DNA of 64,000 nt from Fimbriosthenelais zetlandica (lineage: Eukaryota), in assembly GCA_977030845.1 (NCBI GenBank), contig OZ365109.1:50840001-50904000 (forward strand), read 5' to 3'. The notes beneath the pieces are model-generated. The model was not told the DNA's origin and made no database searches. It saw only the letters and a list, made by a program, of their open reading frames with translations. Of the stretch, positions 24,046 to 38,797 are shown one piece after another. How positions within the stretch are numbered: position 1 is the first letter of the stretch; each line of letters starts with the position of its first letter. The position numbers and the translations under genes were made by a program.

Positions 24046-27000
24046 GAAAACCATTTCACGAGCCAAACTGTTCACGAAAACAGCATTTTGTGTATTTGAA
24101 GAGAATTTCTTATGTCCCTCTCAAAAGAACGAGGTAACAGTGACTCGACAATGACCCTAGCTTAGTCCGACCAGTCTCCACTATAAAGTATGCATGGACA
24201 AGACATAGAACAGCCCCTCCCTCTGTCGTTACACACTTTCATGACAAAACTGAGTAATAAAGCCTGGGTATTTGTGAGTATTTTGCTCACCAGTGGAATC
24301 AGCTTTGTATGGGGGATCCTGCACGAGGGAATAGCCAAGGGTCAGAATGGTTGACTTTGTAATCCCCATGCAATTAACCCCAATATGAAGCTGGTTTCAT
24401 CTGCTTGTATGCAAGGTGCCACAGCTACATCATGCAATGAAACCATATAGATTCTCGGTTCTCATCATTGATAGGTTGACCTTTAAAAAACTATTGCTAT
24501 TTTTATAACATAACATTGACAAATCCTAATAAAACGGCACCTTTTGTCAGTAATATGCTTGTTTAAGAATATGGTATTTCCTTACCTCCAGATCTGAACA
24601 AAAATATGAATAGACAGACCCAGCTATAGAATTGTAGGGAAATTTTAGAAAAGATACATTTGTATGTGAGTTGGCTTTCTCCAATAAAATGGCTCAAGAA
24701 ATTTTGACTACAAGATTTATTATCCATGAAGCATTGCTATGGAAGGTTCCAGAATTGATGGAAAATCTCATCATATGATATTCATGGTAGACCATGATAC
24801 CATCTTTTGACTTAAAGGTCTCCCTGGCTTTTATCTGATGAATAATGTGCCCCGTCCAGAGCACCGTACGGACCAGTGATGTTTGGTTATAGAGGCACGT
24901 GTTTCCTAGGTAACACAATTATTCTCCACCCCCGTACAGAATCATTACTCCCTCTGATAGCTGGAGCAGTGGGGGGCTCGAGTACAAAGCATACACTCAT
25001 GATGGCTTACTTCATATCTCCCCACCAATAGTATAGTCACTACCTGTGTACATTTCTCCTATTTGAAACTGGAGATCGCATCTGAAGTTTTTCTATATTG
25101 TACTCTTTTTCCATGGGTGGAACAAGTCATAAACCATATGGAAGTCCATATAGAATTCAATCTCCCAAAATAAAAATACCATGTCTTACTGTATTTAAAA
25201 GATTTCATAATATGCAGTAATATGCTGAATGTGTCCATTTAAAAAAAACCTGAAAAATATATTTAAAAAATGCTTCCTAGACTCATACCAATGCACCAAT
25301 TTTATTTTATTGGAAATGAATTCCCTATAATAAGTAATATGGCAGAGTGTCGAATCAAAATGGACGCTACAGGAAACCAGACAGACATTTGGATCCAGGA
25401 ACCATGTATGTGCGACTGCATAAATATACATATTGCCCGGAAAACTGCTTTGTGAGCAACCAAAACAATATTCAGAGCACATAAAACATTCATTAAAGCA
25501 TAAAATGACTATTTCTTTTCCAAATTTCAGACTTGGTGGAGACAACATAATGAAAAATTCAACGGGACCATCGCCCATGGGGAGTGAAAGCTGTGGGCAG
25601 GAAATAAGCAGGCTTATGAAGTTGCCATCTATTTGTCTGTGACACGTTTTCATAACTCATTTAGGGCGATCAAAGCACCATTAGGATGAGGGTGTTGGTG
25701 TTCCTCCGAGGGTTATGGCAATATAATTTAACTTTAAATTGGAGGGAACTACATTGGGGAAGTGGGTTGTGGTTGTTTATGTTGCTTTCATTAGCCGAAC
25801 ATTAATGTACTCATATTGTGTGTTTGGATAGGGTAGAGGGATAGAGATCTATTATATAGAGAGAGGGAACCTGATATAGGCTACCAAGTCAAAATCCAAT
25901 CAACCATTGCAACTGACCATTTCATTGGTTAGTGTTCATAAAATCCTGGGATTTTATATTCAAACGTTTTTCAACTCATTAAAAAATGTTTTATATGTAT
26001 GTTTTTCATCAAAAAAGTAACCGGGATGTTAAATTTGTCTAAACTAAAAAAACAAACACAATATTGGGGGAAACAGTGCAGAAGTAATTATCCCCATCCC
26101 ATTCCCCCAGACTGGACAAGGGCCAGAGAAGATCAATACGGACAAGACAAGGACCAGGGAAGCGAACAACTGTCAACCTACCCATTCCAAATTTATCAGT
26201 GTAGGTAAAAGTCCAGAAGAGGCTCTGAGTGCGAAATATTGATCCCTCCATGTTGCTCTTCAAGATGGCCTGACAAAATCCAGATTATCCGAGGGTCAAG
26301 AAAATGAAATGTACGGAGGAAGGTGGTCCGAGAAGCAGTTAGTGGACGAGGGTCCCGAGGGATTACCCAGAGACAGGCCTGCTATATTCAATATAGGGTT
26401 CTTCGAAGACAGACAAGTGTGGATCAATGAGTGGACAAATCCTGTTCAATGCGGGGTTCCTTCAATGGACCAACTGCCAGCAAATGATTAGTAAAACAGT
26501 GCCACAAAAACTGAGGCAGTAATTTATAAGGGCAATGACATAATTTACTTTGTATCATGTCTTGCAGTATACATTAAATCATACATGTCTTGCAATGAAC
26601 TTTCATAGAGAGGATGCAGCTGTTGGTTCTTTCCATTAGTTCCAAGAGTGCAACCACGTAAGAACTAGTATAATTTTAAATCATATTATTTAACCACTCC
26701 CTGTCGGTGGTATATATAACGTACCACCTGTCACAAAAATTTTTTAGGTCTCTATCTTTATTCTTCCCAGAGAAAACTCTCTTGACATGTAGTACCAAAA
26801 GCACCAATGTCAGAGTAGAATGTTTTTACCAGCTTTTGCTGCGAGTATCATTCCAGACCTATTTCACTGTTAATAAAACCACCACTGGTTCCTTCCAAGT
26901 TCCAGCCTCCTATCTCCCTGCCCGAGGCTGTAAAGGTATATTATCCTCCAGTGCATATAAATCCACCTGGATCGAGAGGGAGCAAATATTCATTCCACTG

Positions 27001-27269
27001 ACACTGTTGCATCCACCCCACCTTGCTTCTATGTATAATACATCTATCCACGAGGGTTTCTGAGAGACCTATTAAAGGTGGAAGAGCAGGAAGCACACCT
27101 TTTTCCTGAGTTATGCACTTTGACAGCCTTTATGGCGGCCCATCTCCCCATATTCCTTCACACGGACACTTTGGGAGCCATATCTGGCTTGCTTGCAAGG
27201 CTACCTTCTAATGTAGAGAGGGGGGAAAGACTGAGAGAAGGGCTATGGTGGATTTTCGGGGGGGGGGGG

Positions 27270-27420
27270 TCCAGGGGGTCAGAAACATCCCCCTTCTGGA
27301 TATGATTTTTGTCGTTCAAATAATTTCTCTTTGGGCCACAAGGCAGCGCCGCCCCCTCGTCATATGGCCTTACCCCACTAACCCCCCCCCCCCCCCCCCA
27401 AATACCTGGATCTGCCCCTG
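27270..27420. mobile_element. CAGGGGCGGATCCAG-type MITE remnant
   Basis: Right end CTGGATCTGCCCCTG at 27406-27420 and internal poly-G/poly-C tracts. Relatives at 5208-5233, 52039, 56464 and 58751. Confidence 0.45.
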
Positions 27421-29662
27421 ACGGGGCGAGTAATGCCAGTTATTAATGTGATATAGCTCCCCCTGAGTGTAGTGTAGAGGGGACCATCATGGGCTTGGGA
27501 TCCACTTCCTGACTAGCCAGGTCTCTAGGTGTTGTGTCTATGTCCCATCATCTTCCCATTCCCTCCACCTGTCAGTGCTATACATAAGGCTGTTCTAAAA
27601 GTTCAGTAACCTCCGTAATGACACTAATATTCTATCTACTGTGGGAAGAGATGAAAGAACTGATTCCAGGATGTTTTCAACGTGGGATTCTAGCCATTTT
27701 TTCTTTCCCTGTTCCTACCATTCACTTTTTAACTTTTTATTTCAAAGGAGGAGCCCCTAAACCAACCACTCTTGATTTGACCCTGGTGGACAGTTCTATG
27801 AAAAATAATTAATATCCATTAAAAGATTTATAAATCCATGGAATATGACAAAACCAGTGTCAAAAATATACTACATGATGTATAACACTTGCATTGACTC
27901 ATAAATATAAAAAGCTTGTTGTAAACTTAACACCAGTCTACATGTATAGACTCTGTCACTAGGGTGGATAGGTTTTGCATGCCATTTCTAACTTGCTTCA
28001 GTTTGGACATGATTAAATATTTAAAATACACAAGTACAAGGGACATAAAAGTAAGAGGCTTTTGAACTTGGGAAAGTTGATGTCAATTTAGGCTTTCAGG
28101 GAAGCAATATTACCAGATTTATGGCTGGGATGGATTGGATTTTGTGGGGAATTCAAGCCGAAGGTAGACATGTTATGGTGATATAAAGAGATCATATAAT
28201 GGTATTTGGAACATCATATTGGGATATATTGCTGACATAGGGCACTCACTGACACTGGCTTAAGTGGTTTAAGTATGTTAAATGGCGATGCTATAATAGA
28301 ATGTTTAGTGTCAACCTATAATATCATACGCCATTGTCCTTCTCCACCCAGTGATGCAAACTGGGATACCAAAGGCCAATCATGTCTCCCACAGTCTGTG
28401 ATGAGAGAGATATAAAAGTACCATTCTTGCCGTTCGAAAACAGCAGACAATTAATTATTTGTGACTACGTGTTTCCTACTGAAATGGTTCTGAGATTGCT
28501 GTGAAATATCCACCCATATTCATTACGATATGGGCAAAATGAGTCGATTTACTAACTCATAAAATAAGAGCCTCAGAAAAAAACTATTAGAGAAAAGGGA
28601 CAAATTGGTGAAAATGCCGCGATTATTTCGTCACAATATAAGGGAGTTTGGTGCAGTATATAGTCCCCATGAGTAAAATTATTATATAGCTCTCTTTCTA
28701 GCCAAGCGTGCAACTTCAAACTTGTCCTTCTTCTCATAGGTGTTGGGGAAATGAACTGAGACATAAGAGACTCATTTGGTCCACTAGAACGCGGTACTAA
28801 ATGAGCCAAAAAGAGAAGACAGGAAGGAAGGGAGAGTGAGGCAAGGGCAGACAGAAAGCAGACGTTATGCCGTCAGTGCAGGACCTAACAGATTTGTGGC
28901 TGGGCAAGAGCCATTATCCTGCTCAAATTTCCACGCGTCTTGCTCCATGGCAGAGAGGGTAATCTGGTCTATGAGAGTTGTTTGCTCAAAGCAAAGCTCA
29001 TTATCGTATGTTACTAGTCAGTACAATCTGCCTCTACAGTCCTACCTGACGTGGATATCACTATACAAGCAACACAGGTAATAGGATAACTTCTATATAG
29101 ATGTGCCTATTCTACTTCTCTTTTACTCAATGATTTATTGATATCAACAATGTCGCTTGTGTTGCACAGAGAACAAGAAATATTGCAATTTAAATTTGAT
29201 AAATGTATATTCTCCTGACGAAATGTCATATATTCTCAGCATTTCATGGCAGGCCTAACAAAAATTCCCTCATTTTTTCAGATTTATCCTGGATGAATAT
29301 CTGGACCTATTTCGATTTCGATACAATTAGGACACTCATATCGACCAATCGAATTCCCTGATTTCAGGCATTAGAAAAAGGTAAAAACCTTTTCTTTTAT
29401 TTTCTAGCATCATCTGCATGGCTGAGAATCCAAAATCTAAATTTTCTCAAGCAACTTTCCAAAGCAAATTTCTGGAATATCGAGGTGCAGCTATCTTTTC
29501 TACTCTAAGAACGATGTAAACTGCAGATCTCATGATTCCACTGAAAATGAAATTAGACCAATATTTCTCTTCAATTAGGACCCAAACGATCATCCAATCC
29601 AACTAAAGAGGGGAAGAGAACATCATTGATATCCAGGGAAACAAGACTGTTTCCCTAGTCAC

Positions 29663-29676
29663 ATTGCCATGGCAAC
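29663..29676. promoter_or_regulatory. RFX X-box-like motif
   Basis: ATTGCCATGGCAAC is one mismatch from the canonical GTTGCCATGGCAAC and has a perfect 12-bp palindromic core. Confidence 0.35.
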
Positions 29677-30954
29677 AGGAATTAGTCATGTGATGGGATG
29701 GTAGGAGCTTTGAAATAGCAGCCAAATCTTGTCACATTACATTGAGGCTGTGAAAGGCTCGGAGATGGATGAGGTTTTAGCATGCTACCTCAGGCAACTT
29801 CTTATACTCGTGTATAGTGAAGCTAGTTAACTCACGGACATACAGGCAAACAAAGCATTACTCACACACTTATATTATTTGAAGAATTTATGGGAATATA
29901 TTTGGTACAGCCAATTATCTTTTTTAATATAAGATAATAGGAACATGGAAAACCTTTGTCGTCAGTATAATGTTTAATAGCAATATGACACAGAATGTAT
30001 ATATTTATTGGCGATGAATAGATTTTAAAAGGTGTGAATACTTTTTGCTGAGGCTGTAGGTAAGGTGGAAGGACGAAGGAAGATCACAAGGCTTATAGCA
30101 GTTCATTATGTGTGACTTTCCACGTCAAAATATGGATGCAAAACATCCGACAGGGCGATCAGATTTAATCACGGGAATAGCAGATAAAACTGCCTGAACT
30201 GCCTTCTACCTTTCTTGAATTATACATGTAGTCATGGATATAAGATACATGACAGACAAAAAATGAAAAGCATTCCATGGTCTTAATCCAAACAAAATTG
30301 ACATATATTATATGTATTTCAAGTATGAATATTTTAGGAATATAGGAGAATCAGTGTTAACCCATGGGGTAATGACAGAACAATAATGGTTGTGCTAGGA
30401 GCCCCACATCATTCGACATGAGCATACAACATCAAACTTATTTCTCATCTAAGGAAAACGTTTCCAATAAAAAATACTATTTCACAGAAGTGTTGATTCA
30501 AGTCCACCTTCAAAAAAGTGGAGCCCTATATTGCCGTAAGTCTAACAGATTTCCCTATATATGGGAGGAGCCTTGTATGGTTTAACCACACAACTAATAT
30601 TTACATGCCTATATACAAACAGGGATTAGACTAGCATATTATTGTGTCATTAGATAACTATGGCGGGTGATCTTAGTGCAATGTAACTGAGAGATCGAGC
30701 CAGGCGGGTCAGGGGTGAAGGTGATTTAGTCTCTATAAACACCTCCTGGCCATTATCCAACATGTGGATTATGTCTGTTAACATATCTCACACTAAAAAA
30801 GTGTCATCATCCGTAATAGATAGATCCATACACTACAGTCTCGCAACCAAACTCCTGTAGGGCTGGTCTGGTAGTGAGGTGAGGCAAATTTATTAATTCC
30901 AGTCAGGTCTATAGTACTTTGATAAATGCCTTTAGTACTTGAGGAATAGTCCTA

Positions 30955-31120
30955 CAGTGGAGTGGGGTCTTACTATAGGGAAAACATTAATGACCGAGAT
31001 TATTTTGGCAGAAGAACTGGGATGGTCACTTTTGAAGGAACGTAGCCATTTTGGACCTAATTTGGGCCTGCCCATTTAGTGGTCTCATACTGAGGTCGCT
31101 TTAGTGAAGTGATCGTAGAG
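30955..31120. mobile_element. CAGTGGAG... MITE remnant (same family as 22069, 34253, 54588)
   Basis: TA|CAGTGGAGT start with internal GGTCAC/GGTCTC/GGTCGC motifs. The right end is degraded. Confidence 0.3.
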
Positions 31121-34100
31121 TGAAAAAAGCTGCTTGCAATGCATTGAAGGTATACATATAGGGCATAGGTACTTGAGTTTCATAAATACTGTTACTATTT
31201 CAAAATTGTCCTGGTGCGCAAGGCCATAAGGTTCTGCACCCATTTATAACATAAATATTGCACCTAATCACTCTAGCCTAAAGTTCAGGGGTGTGATCAA
31301 AACGGGGCGTGTTTTCATCCAATGCATGGAAATCAATGCATAATATTTATCTCCAGTTATGTAAATAGAGTCCATCTGGCGTTTCTTGCCACGTGAATGG
31401 AAGCATATAATGTTGACACAATGATCATACCCAGCATAGTTAAAAACAACCAGGATTTGTTATTCCACCTTGAGTGGGTGTGATGGTATAAAAACAAAAG
31501 CCATGTAGAGTGGAGCAGGTTGATAGGTAGGGCGGGATGTATACTGCCGGGCGTACAACATGATACTAGATATCATTGCTGGGGTATGGGTTAAATCAGG
31601 TCTGCTTCCCTGGTCTGGCACTGTCAATTGGTTACAGCATGGCTCAGGTTTAATGCCTCTTTCAATTATAACAAACATGGTTTTTCATTTAATATGAAGT
31701 TCAATTTCCCCCCCTTTAATATGGTCCTGGACCTTCTCACCATGGCCTTTTATATACTGGAATTTTTAATTTATTATGCATATACTATTATAGATCAATA
31801 TTTCCAATCATTATTGGTTTAGGGCTTACTGTCCTAGCAACTGCCAGGGTTTTATTATATGACAAAGAGGAAACACGCTGTCAGTGCATTCGTATGTTTT
31901 TCTCGATTGGCAGAAATGAATCATTTATTGCTGCAGGCAGTAGGAGACATGGCTGGCCTTTTATAACCCAGTTGGCATCTGAAGGGGAGGAAAATATGAT
32001 CTACTAGTATGAGAACCCATACACTATATGCACTGCATGGTCAGAGCCGTCAATTTATGACACTGTATGTATAAATTTGATATTGTAATTTTTCATACAC
32101 ATACGATCCAACCACAGTTATTCACTCCCATTATCATGATCCCATGGTCATGTAACCGGCACATTACGCCCGTTTACGCATTTTTTTCTCTCAATAACCG
32201 GAGCTATCATCTGTCCCATTGGCAAGGACCTGCCCATCTAAATCAATGACCATCCATTCATCTGGACAGCGGACAGTGCTATAGTGATTACACCGTCATG
32301 TGAGATTGATAGCCACTCGGGGATGATCCCATTCTGGGGAGAAATAACCATGTGGTTATTGGTATCTCAGTAACTCACAGTGGTCATGGCTATTGTCCTG
32401 TGAGAAACATCCTTTTGACTTTAAACATTTTTTATTCGGCTAAAAACAAGGTCTGCAAGCTGGCCGAGGGTCTGGACCAAACAAATTATTTGTTTAGCTT
32501 CTGCCTGGGAAAGGGCAGCCAGTTAAAAAAGAAAATTAAGATCAAATTTTGGATGCTTGATGCCAAGGGGCAACCTTTTTGGAGGGATTTCCAGACCCTC
32601 AGTCTCTCCTGCACAATTACTGATATAGCCTAAGTCAATGCAGCTTTGAAATCCTTTTTTCTAACCATAGAAATGGTGGAATCCAGATCAATATTATTTT
32701 TTGTTGGTTTATTTGGGGCAGAGATAAAATTAATTATATATACATCAGAATATTAGTTGTGTGATATGAGATCTATGTGTGGAGTTGAGCTGGCATGGTG
32801 TTCATTTACATCAGTGAAGCAGAGAGTTCCTCTTTTGTCATGTTATTCTGTCACACTGCACAAGAATGCCAACAATTAAGTACAAATATAGGTTACAGGA
32901 ATGTTCCACAATGTAGCCTGTCCTCCATTCATGTGTCAGGCTTGGTCTTATATAAATATTCAAGCGTTAATATTCCCAGTCATTGTGCATGGGTAAATAT
33001 ATAAGAAAACAGGGATCAAAATTAAAGAATAGTAACAATATATATTTGGAACAGTAACAGTTCTGGAAGTGACAACAATTATAAATGTTTCCATTTATAT
33101 TTTATAAATCTAAAGTAATTATTACAGGGCCTTCCCTATTATGATGCATGCTGGACAAAGCACATTAACAACGAAAATACTGGATTTAAATATACAACGA
33201 AAGTATGGGCTACAAGAATCTCAGGTGCTAATCTGTAAAATCTAGTCCAAACTTGGACAGTCGTCAAATTAATTAAATCTGCGACATGTAGGAAATTGAT
33301 TGATCAATGTTTTATGGAAACTAAAATTAAAGTTCATTGGACAAATCAATAAATTATTTGGAGTATGCAATATTAGAGCAAGTTCTTAATACTGCATACT
33401 TTTTGTCCATCGATTTCAGGCAGATACTAGACGAACCTCTACAGAGATCAAAAGTTATTCCCACCAGACTTGCATGGATTTTCTGCCAAGATAGTCTCTG
33501 ATGGATAATGCCAATGATGTAGGCATAAATCGATGTCCATTCCGGGACGGCTCTCTATCATTAACTCTAATATATTCAATCCTGGCTGTATGTTACAATA
33601 AAAATATAACAAATTGTATATTACTTTTCGACCATAAATGTGATTATGAAAATTCGGTTCTATGACCTTGACCATTATCGTAAACTAAACAGTGCTGTCA
33701 AGAAAGAAACCCTTTGGAAAAAACTATTATTTTAATTTCAATATTTGTTTAATGCTTAAGCAATTTTTTAGCTCAGGACGAGAAGGAAACACGCTGTTGG
33801 CAAATAATGGCATGCGCTTTTCGAATGACAGCAATTAATGGTTCTTTTACATGCCCCTCCGCATAGAGGGGATAGATCTATACATTGTCCAAGGACTGAC
33901 TCAGAATGCAAAGAGGTTAGTATGAGTAACTCCTTAATTCCAATGTCAAGTTTGCTAAGTGTGTAGAGGCCTATGGATCTACACCGGTATTATTATAGAC
34001 CATTGTGACTATTGAGGCAAGCTTCACGGTAGTGGCTGGAACTAGACAGTAGGCAATCAATATGTCTGTATAGATCAACGCTCCCTTCTATCCCAACAAG

Positions 34101-34252
34101 CGCCATATTCATCATTATGCCTTCCCAATGTCAACTTTTCCCCACATAATGTGCATATGGCCAGCGTGGGTGGGAATGTACTGTACAAGTTCCTCTGAAA
34201 ATATCACTGGTTCAATGACCGGAGAGCAGCAGTGGGGAAAAATTGAATATTA

Positions 34253-34531
34253 CAGTGGAATATAGCTTAATGGTCACCTCACTAAGGTGAACAATCCAGA
34301 ACAAGTGACCGCTAAACTGTCAGATCCAAATGAAACGACCATCACACTACACTTGAATCAGACCACTTGAAACTGTTAGAACCAAGTATAGAGACCATCT
34401 CACGCCTCCATTACTGTTTAAATGGTCCGACTAAGTGTTTTTGATCGGGACATTCTGAATAACGACCAACCTGTTTGGCTACAAACAGGACAATTAGTTC
34501 AGGACAGTCACATTGGCGAGACTCCATCGCA
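34253..34531. mobile_element. CAGTGGAA... MITE remnant
   Basis: TA|CAGTGGAA start, internal ACGACC/GAGACC/TAACGACC motifs, and right end GCGAGACTCCATCGCA resembling the 54746 end. Confidence 0.4.
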
Positions 34532-35817
34532 TGGAGGCCTAATATTAAATGTGAAATGTGACGTTTAAAATGCTGAATATTGAGTTATCAATCAATCAGT
34601 AAATCAATCAACCAACCAATCAATCATGTTTCATTGAGGTTTTCGCTCATAAATAATACCATGGGTATTATTAAATTTTTAATGAAATGTTAATTAATAT
34701 TTTAATCGTATGGGATGATCTTTACTCTCATGGGGAGACCTTGATGATAACGAGTCTGAAAAATGTTTCGTTGCATGGAAACTAACAATTAATACCTCTA
34801 AATAATGCAGAGTAAAATTCTTCACTTGCATGTAGACTGATCAAATATCGTGTATTGATTTTTTGTACAATATATGTTAGGAAAAGAAGTTAAATCTTGT
34901 ATATACCAAAATATTTTTGTAGATTTTCTTCATTGTAAAAGATTACAATTATCGATCATTGCATGTTGAAAATAGCATAAGATACAGCTTATTGAGAGGC
35001 AAAATTGACTATTTCTTAGATGAAGTTCATTCTGGATGAAAACTGATGCTTGCCTTTCCAGTGCAATTGCTGGAAAAGCAACAGTGGAATTATGAAAAAA
35101 ATAGATAGATTTTGAAGCTAAAATAATATTTTTCTCATGCCAAAAGACCCAACCACCAAACCCTTCACATGCCGGACTCCCAAACCCTCCAAACACTGTC
35201 ACCGGGCTGAACACCCCAACCTATTAATAAGTAGAGTACGTAAGACTGCATGACCTGATAAGAATAGATAGTGAGATGCTACGGTGAGTGTGAACAGTAT
35301 TATGATTGGGATGTGATATTAAGCAGGAGATGTCTGGACACGTTCTGGAAATAGAAGGTTAATGTACCTGATTGAACCTTCTAGTGAAAAGCCATCAATA
35401 TCAGCTGATAGAGGCTGGTGTCTGGAGCCATGTACCCTCAACAGACCAACGGGTGCAAGCTCACTATACACTAGAATCTAATAACCTTAAAAGTGAAAAT
35501 ATGTTACATAACATAAAGGGTTATGTAAAGTGTCCATTCTCAATCAAAAAACACAACACAAAATGATGAAACGCATTTTGAAGTATATATTATGCTCCAT
35601 ACACCCACATGATACATGTAGATGATTATGGTTTGTCGGCCTAATTGAACATTGACTGCACTTGAAAAACAGTTTTTTTTTAACTTAGCCTACTCACCAA
35701 AATCATCATCTTGAATAAGGCACTCAATTTTCCTGATAAGGTATTGCCTGAGAGACCCCCAAGGAAGAGGATGGGGGGAGACTCCATGAAGATCCTTGCT
35801 ACTACTTCGTCTCACAG

Positions 35818-35916
35818 ATTTGAATCGATCGTCGTCGGAGCCTCGTAAATCCATGGTATCAAACACATGCTATATCTCAACGATGGGGGTTCTCATCATT
35901 CAAGCAGCAGCGGACG
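35818..35916 (+). CDS. Candidate 99-nt exon (LNRSSSEPRKSMVSNTCYISTMGVLIIQAAAD)
   Basis: CTTCGTCTCACAG| acceptor, ACG|GTATAG donor and a single open frame. CpG-rich. Confidence 0.2.
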
Positions 35917-36544
35917 GTATAGACGGGCAAGCCTAAGTTTTTTGGCAAGTTCAGTCATCAAGAACCACGACTGATGCACATTGAAAATCGTTCATGTATA
36001 AACAGTATACAACTTGTATAACAGATACCACAGGCATTTCTGTGAATGCAGTTTTCAGCAAGGCAATGCTATTTTATCTACCCTGAGCCATTGATATAAT
36101 TTTCTGAATCGCTACAATATATAGGCTGTGACTTTTGGATTCCATAATTCTTTATGACAGTGACAGTGATATTTGCACGTTATTGTCAATGGACTTTGCC
36201 TTTGAGACCGCCAGCAGATTGTGACACAGTGCAAATGACTGGCAAGTCCCTGGACTACCAGACGTCTAGAAACTCCAGGTGAATTGGCCCCACAATAACA
36301 CAGTGATCTGGAGTTGGTACCTTGAGTAATAATGAATCCCTCTGCCTGCTGATTTCAGCTATGCCCTCCTCTTTCTTGCCCACTGCTTTCCCTCTCAGGC
36401 AATAGGAAAAAAGTCTCTTTTCCTATAGACTTTCAACTCACATGATGTTCCGGTCTGGGCTCTCTCTGTCCCCTAACCTCTCTCTCTACTCCACTCCAAG
36501 CGCTTCCTTCGGTTCCAAACCAGAGACTGGAACTGTGGTGCCAC

Positions 36545-36720
36545 TGTCTCACTACCACCACCTAGCACCACTTCCACCACCACCACCACCACCCACCAAC
36601 CACCCCAGACGTCAGCATTGCAGTGGGTGACTGGCTGTTGGCTGGAGGAGGAAAGCACCACTTGGAACCACCACCACCACTATCAGCAGTAGCAGAAACT
36701 CCCATCATCAGCAGCTGCAA
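36545..36720. repeat. (CAC/CCA)n and (CAG)-rich trinucleotide low-complexity region
   Basis: Runs of CCACCACCACC and CAGCAG, seen directly. Confidence 0.7.
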
Positions 36721-37341
36721 GAAAGGCCAAAGCAATGTGCAAGGCAGCAGAAGGAATGGCCTAGTTCCAGCCACTGCATAGTGTCTTGTGCATGATTGTG
36801 CCATATGCATCGATAGGTAACCATTTTTGTATAAAATAATAGATCCCAATGTTTGACTTGAATGTAGTGGGTCCCAGGTTCATTTCCTATGCCTTCTCCG
36901 AACTTGCAATTGCTCTTCCGCACCAACTGCAGTGCTGCTAACTGGGAAATCAAAGGCCATCCATGTCATCCATTGTGTACATGATATATGGCTTGCATGT
37001 ACAAGAGTAATTATGGACAATTTTAAATTGTTTGTAATTACCGCTCGGTGGAGCTAGTGAAGTGGTCAGGTGATCAGCAGGCCGCATAAAGCTTAGGCCT
37101 ATTCTAGGCATTCTACACAAAGCCACCAAACAATAAGTAATTGATGCTGCAATTATGTGCGTGTTTTAATGGTACTCTGGGATTGCTGAGTGATTGTTGA
37201 TCGGATGTTAAAACAAATACATACATGCATGTACAGACAAAAAGAAGATGTTATGGTCATTTCTATCAGAATTCATATCGACAATTATACTCCACTCCAC
37301 CCAAAACCAAAAATATTTGTTTCAATAGTCTTAGCTTTCAG

Positions 37342-37478
37342 GGCAATCATCCATCTCGTTGGTCCTCAAGAACACAATGGCACACTCAATAAAATGCTAC
37401 ATTCCATCTGCCTTAAGCTTGCTCGCGATGAGCAACTGCTTCAGTATCTTGAAGATCAAAAAACTGCTTCAGATATTG
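37342..37478 (+). CDS. Candidate exon (AIIHLVGPQEHNGTLNKMLHSICLKLARDEQLLQYLEDQKTASDI)
   Basis: GCTTTCAG| acceptor and TTG|GTAGGC donor, within ORF 37190..37540. Two frames are open and no homology is recognised. Confidence 0.25.
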
Positions 37479-38284
37479 GTAGGCAAAAAGGTTCTAGACA
37501 GCTACAAGCATTGGACCTGAGTGAAGCGAGCCTTCCCTAGACCATAGTTCTATATGTAGGACTTTGGTTGGGATATTCCCAGGTTTAGTCCTATACCAAT
37601 GGATGAGATCGATTTTTGCCTTCTCTTTCTCCCTTTCCCAGTGGATTGGATGTTGATATTATCGATCGTTAAATTGCTCAATATTTGCGCCAAGAATTAA
37701 GGCGGCAGCGATTGTTTTAGTGTTGCACAGATGGAGAATTCAGTTCAGTCATTTGGTACTGCGAGGCAATATCTTTCTTCTTCTTTTTTTAGAAAACCAT
37801 TCAAGTACACCGAAGGTTTATAATACAGTATATATGAAACCTTCTTGAAAGTGTCATAAAATGAAAACAATTAAGATGAAAAATATCCCATATCCTCTGC
37901 CTTCCTGAATTAGGTAATGTCTGGTAATCCCAGAGAAGGGTATCAAGGATTTAATTCACTGATATTAACTTCCACCATGTAAATGGTTCAGCAAGATTTA
38001 ATAGTGGTTAGTCTGCACATAGCGGACTCTCCATCTTCTATGCAAAATCCATTAAACGCAAAGGACAATTGAATAAAAGCATGAAGTGATTAATTGCTAG
38101 TCTATAAATCTTAATGCGCTCAAACAGTAAAGGTCATGGTTTGAGTTATAGCCTGTCATCAGTTATGGGATCAAGGAACATTTCTCCATGACATACACTG
38201 GCACGATATGCAAGGAAGAATCAAATTAATTCATGTTACAATGATACAAAGAAGAATCTTCCACACGATAGAAACATTCTATAT

Positions 38285-38420
38285 TTCTCCTCTCTCTCCT
38301 TCAACCACCTTCCCTGCCTGCCTCTTTTTCCCACCCTTCCTTCCCACTCACCCTCCCTCCCAACTCCTACCCAGCCACCCTCCCCCCTTTTCAGATTTCT
38401 CCCCCTCTCTCTCACACACT
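38285..38420. repeat. Pyrimidine-rich (CT/CCT) low-complexity tract
   Basis: Seen directly. Confidence 0.7.
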
Positions 38421-38797
38421 AGAAGGAACTATTCATGCCAATAAATCGGTAAAATAGTCTGTCGTAAATAGCATATAAATATGTCAGTGTTAATACCAAC
38501 GATTCTTACAGCAGAGATACCAGAGGTTAAACCTTGGATATTTCCACGACAGGTGTGTGAGAAAAATTCGAGAGTCTTAAGAACGACATGGTTCCAGTTG
38601 TCCTCCGCCCATTTATCAATCCTGATCAAATATAAACATCCTGTATGCTACAAATTCACTAACAGGATATATATTCAATCCCACCACCTCTTCTTATGAT
38701 AAAGTTATTTTCTTTTCTACAGTTTTTCAGTAGCGTTGCATGGAACATGTTTTACCGCTGATTTACAAGCAGCACCTGCGGGAAAGGAGGTACCCCT

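Noticed and set aside
25195-25653. 152-aa - strand ORF and overlapping + ORFs
   Set aside because: No motif support. The overlapping frames look random or heavily decayed.
26740-26930. - frame GWNLEG...DIGAFGTTCQES resembling an APE endonuclease start
   Set aside because: Spacing and residues match poorly, stops are present, and no further motifs follow.
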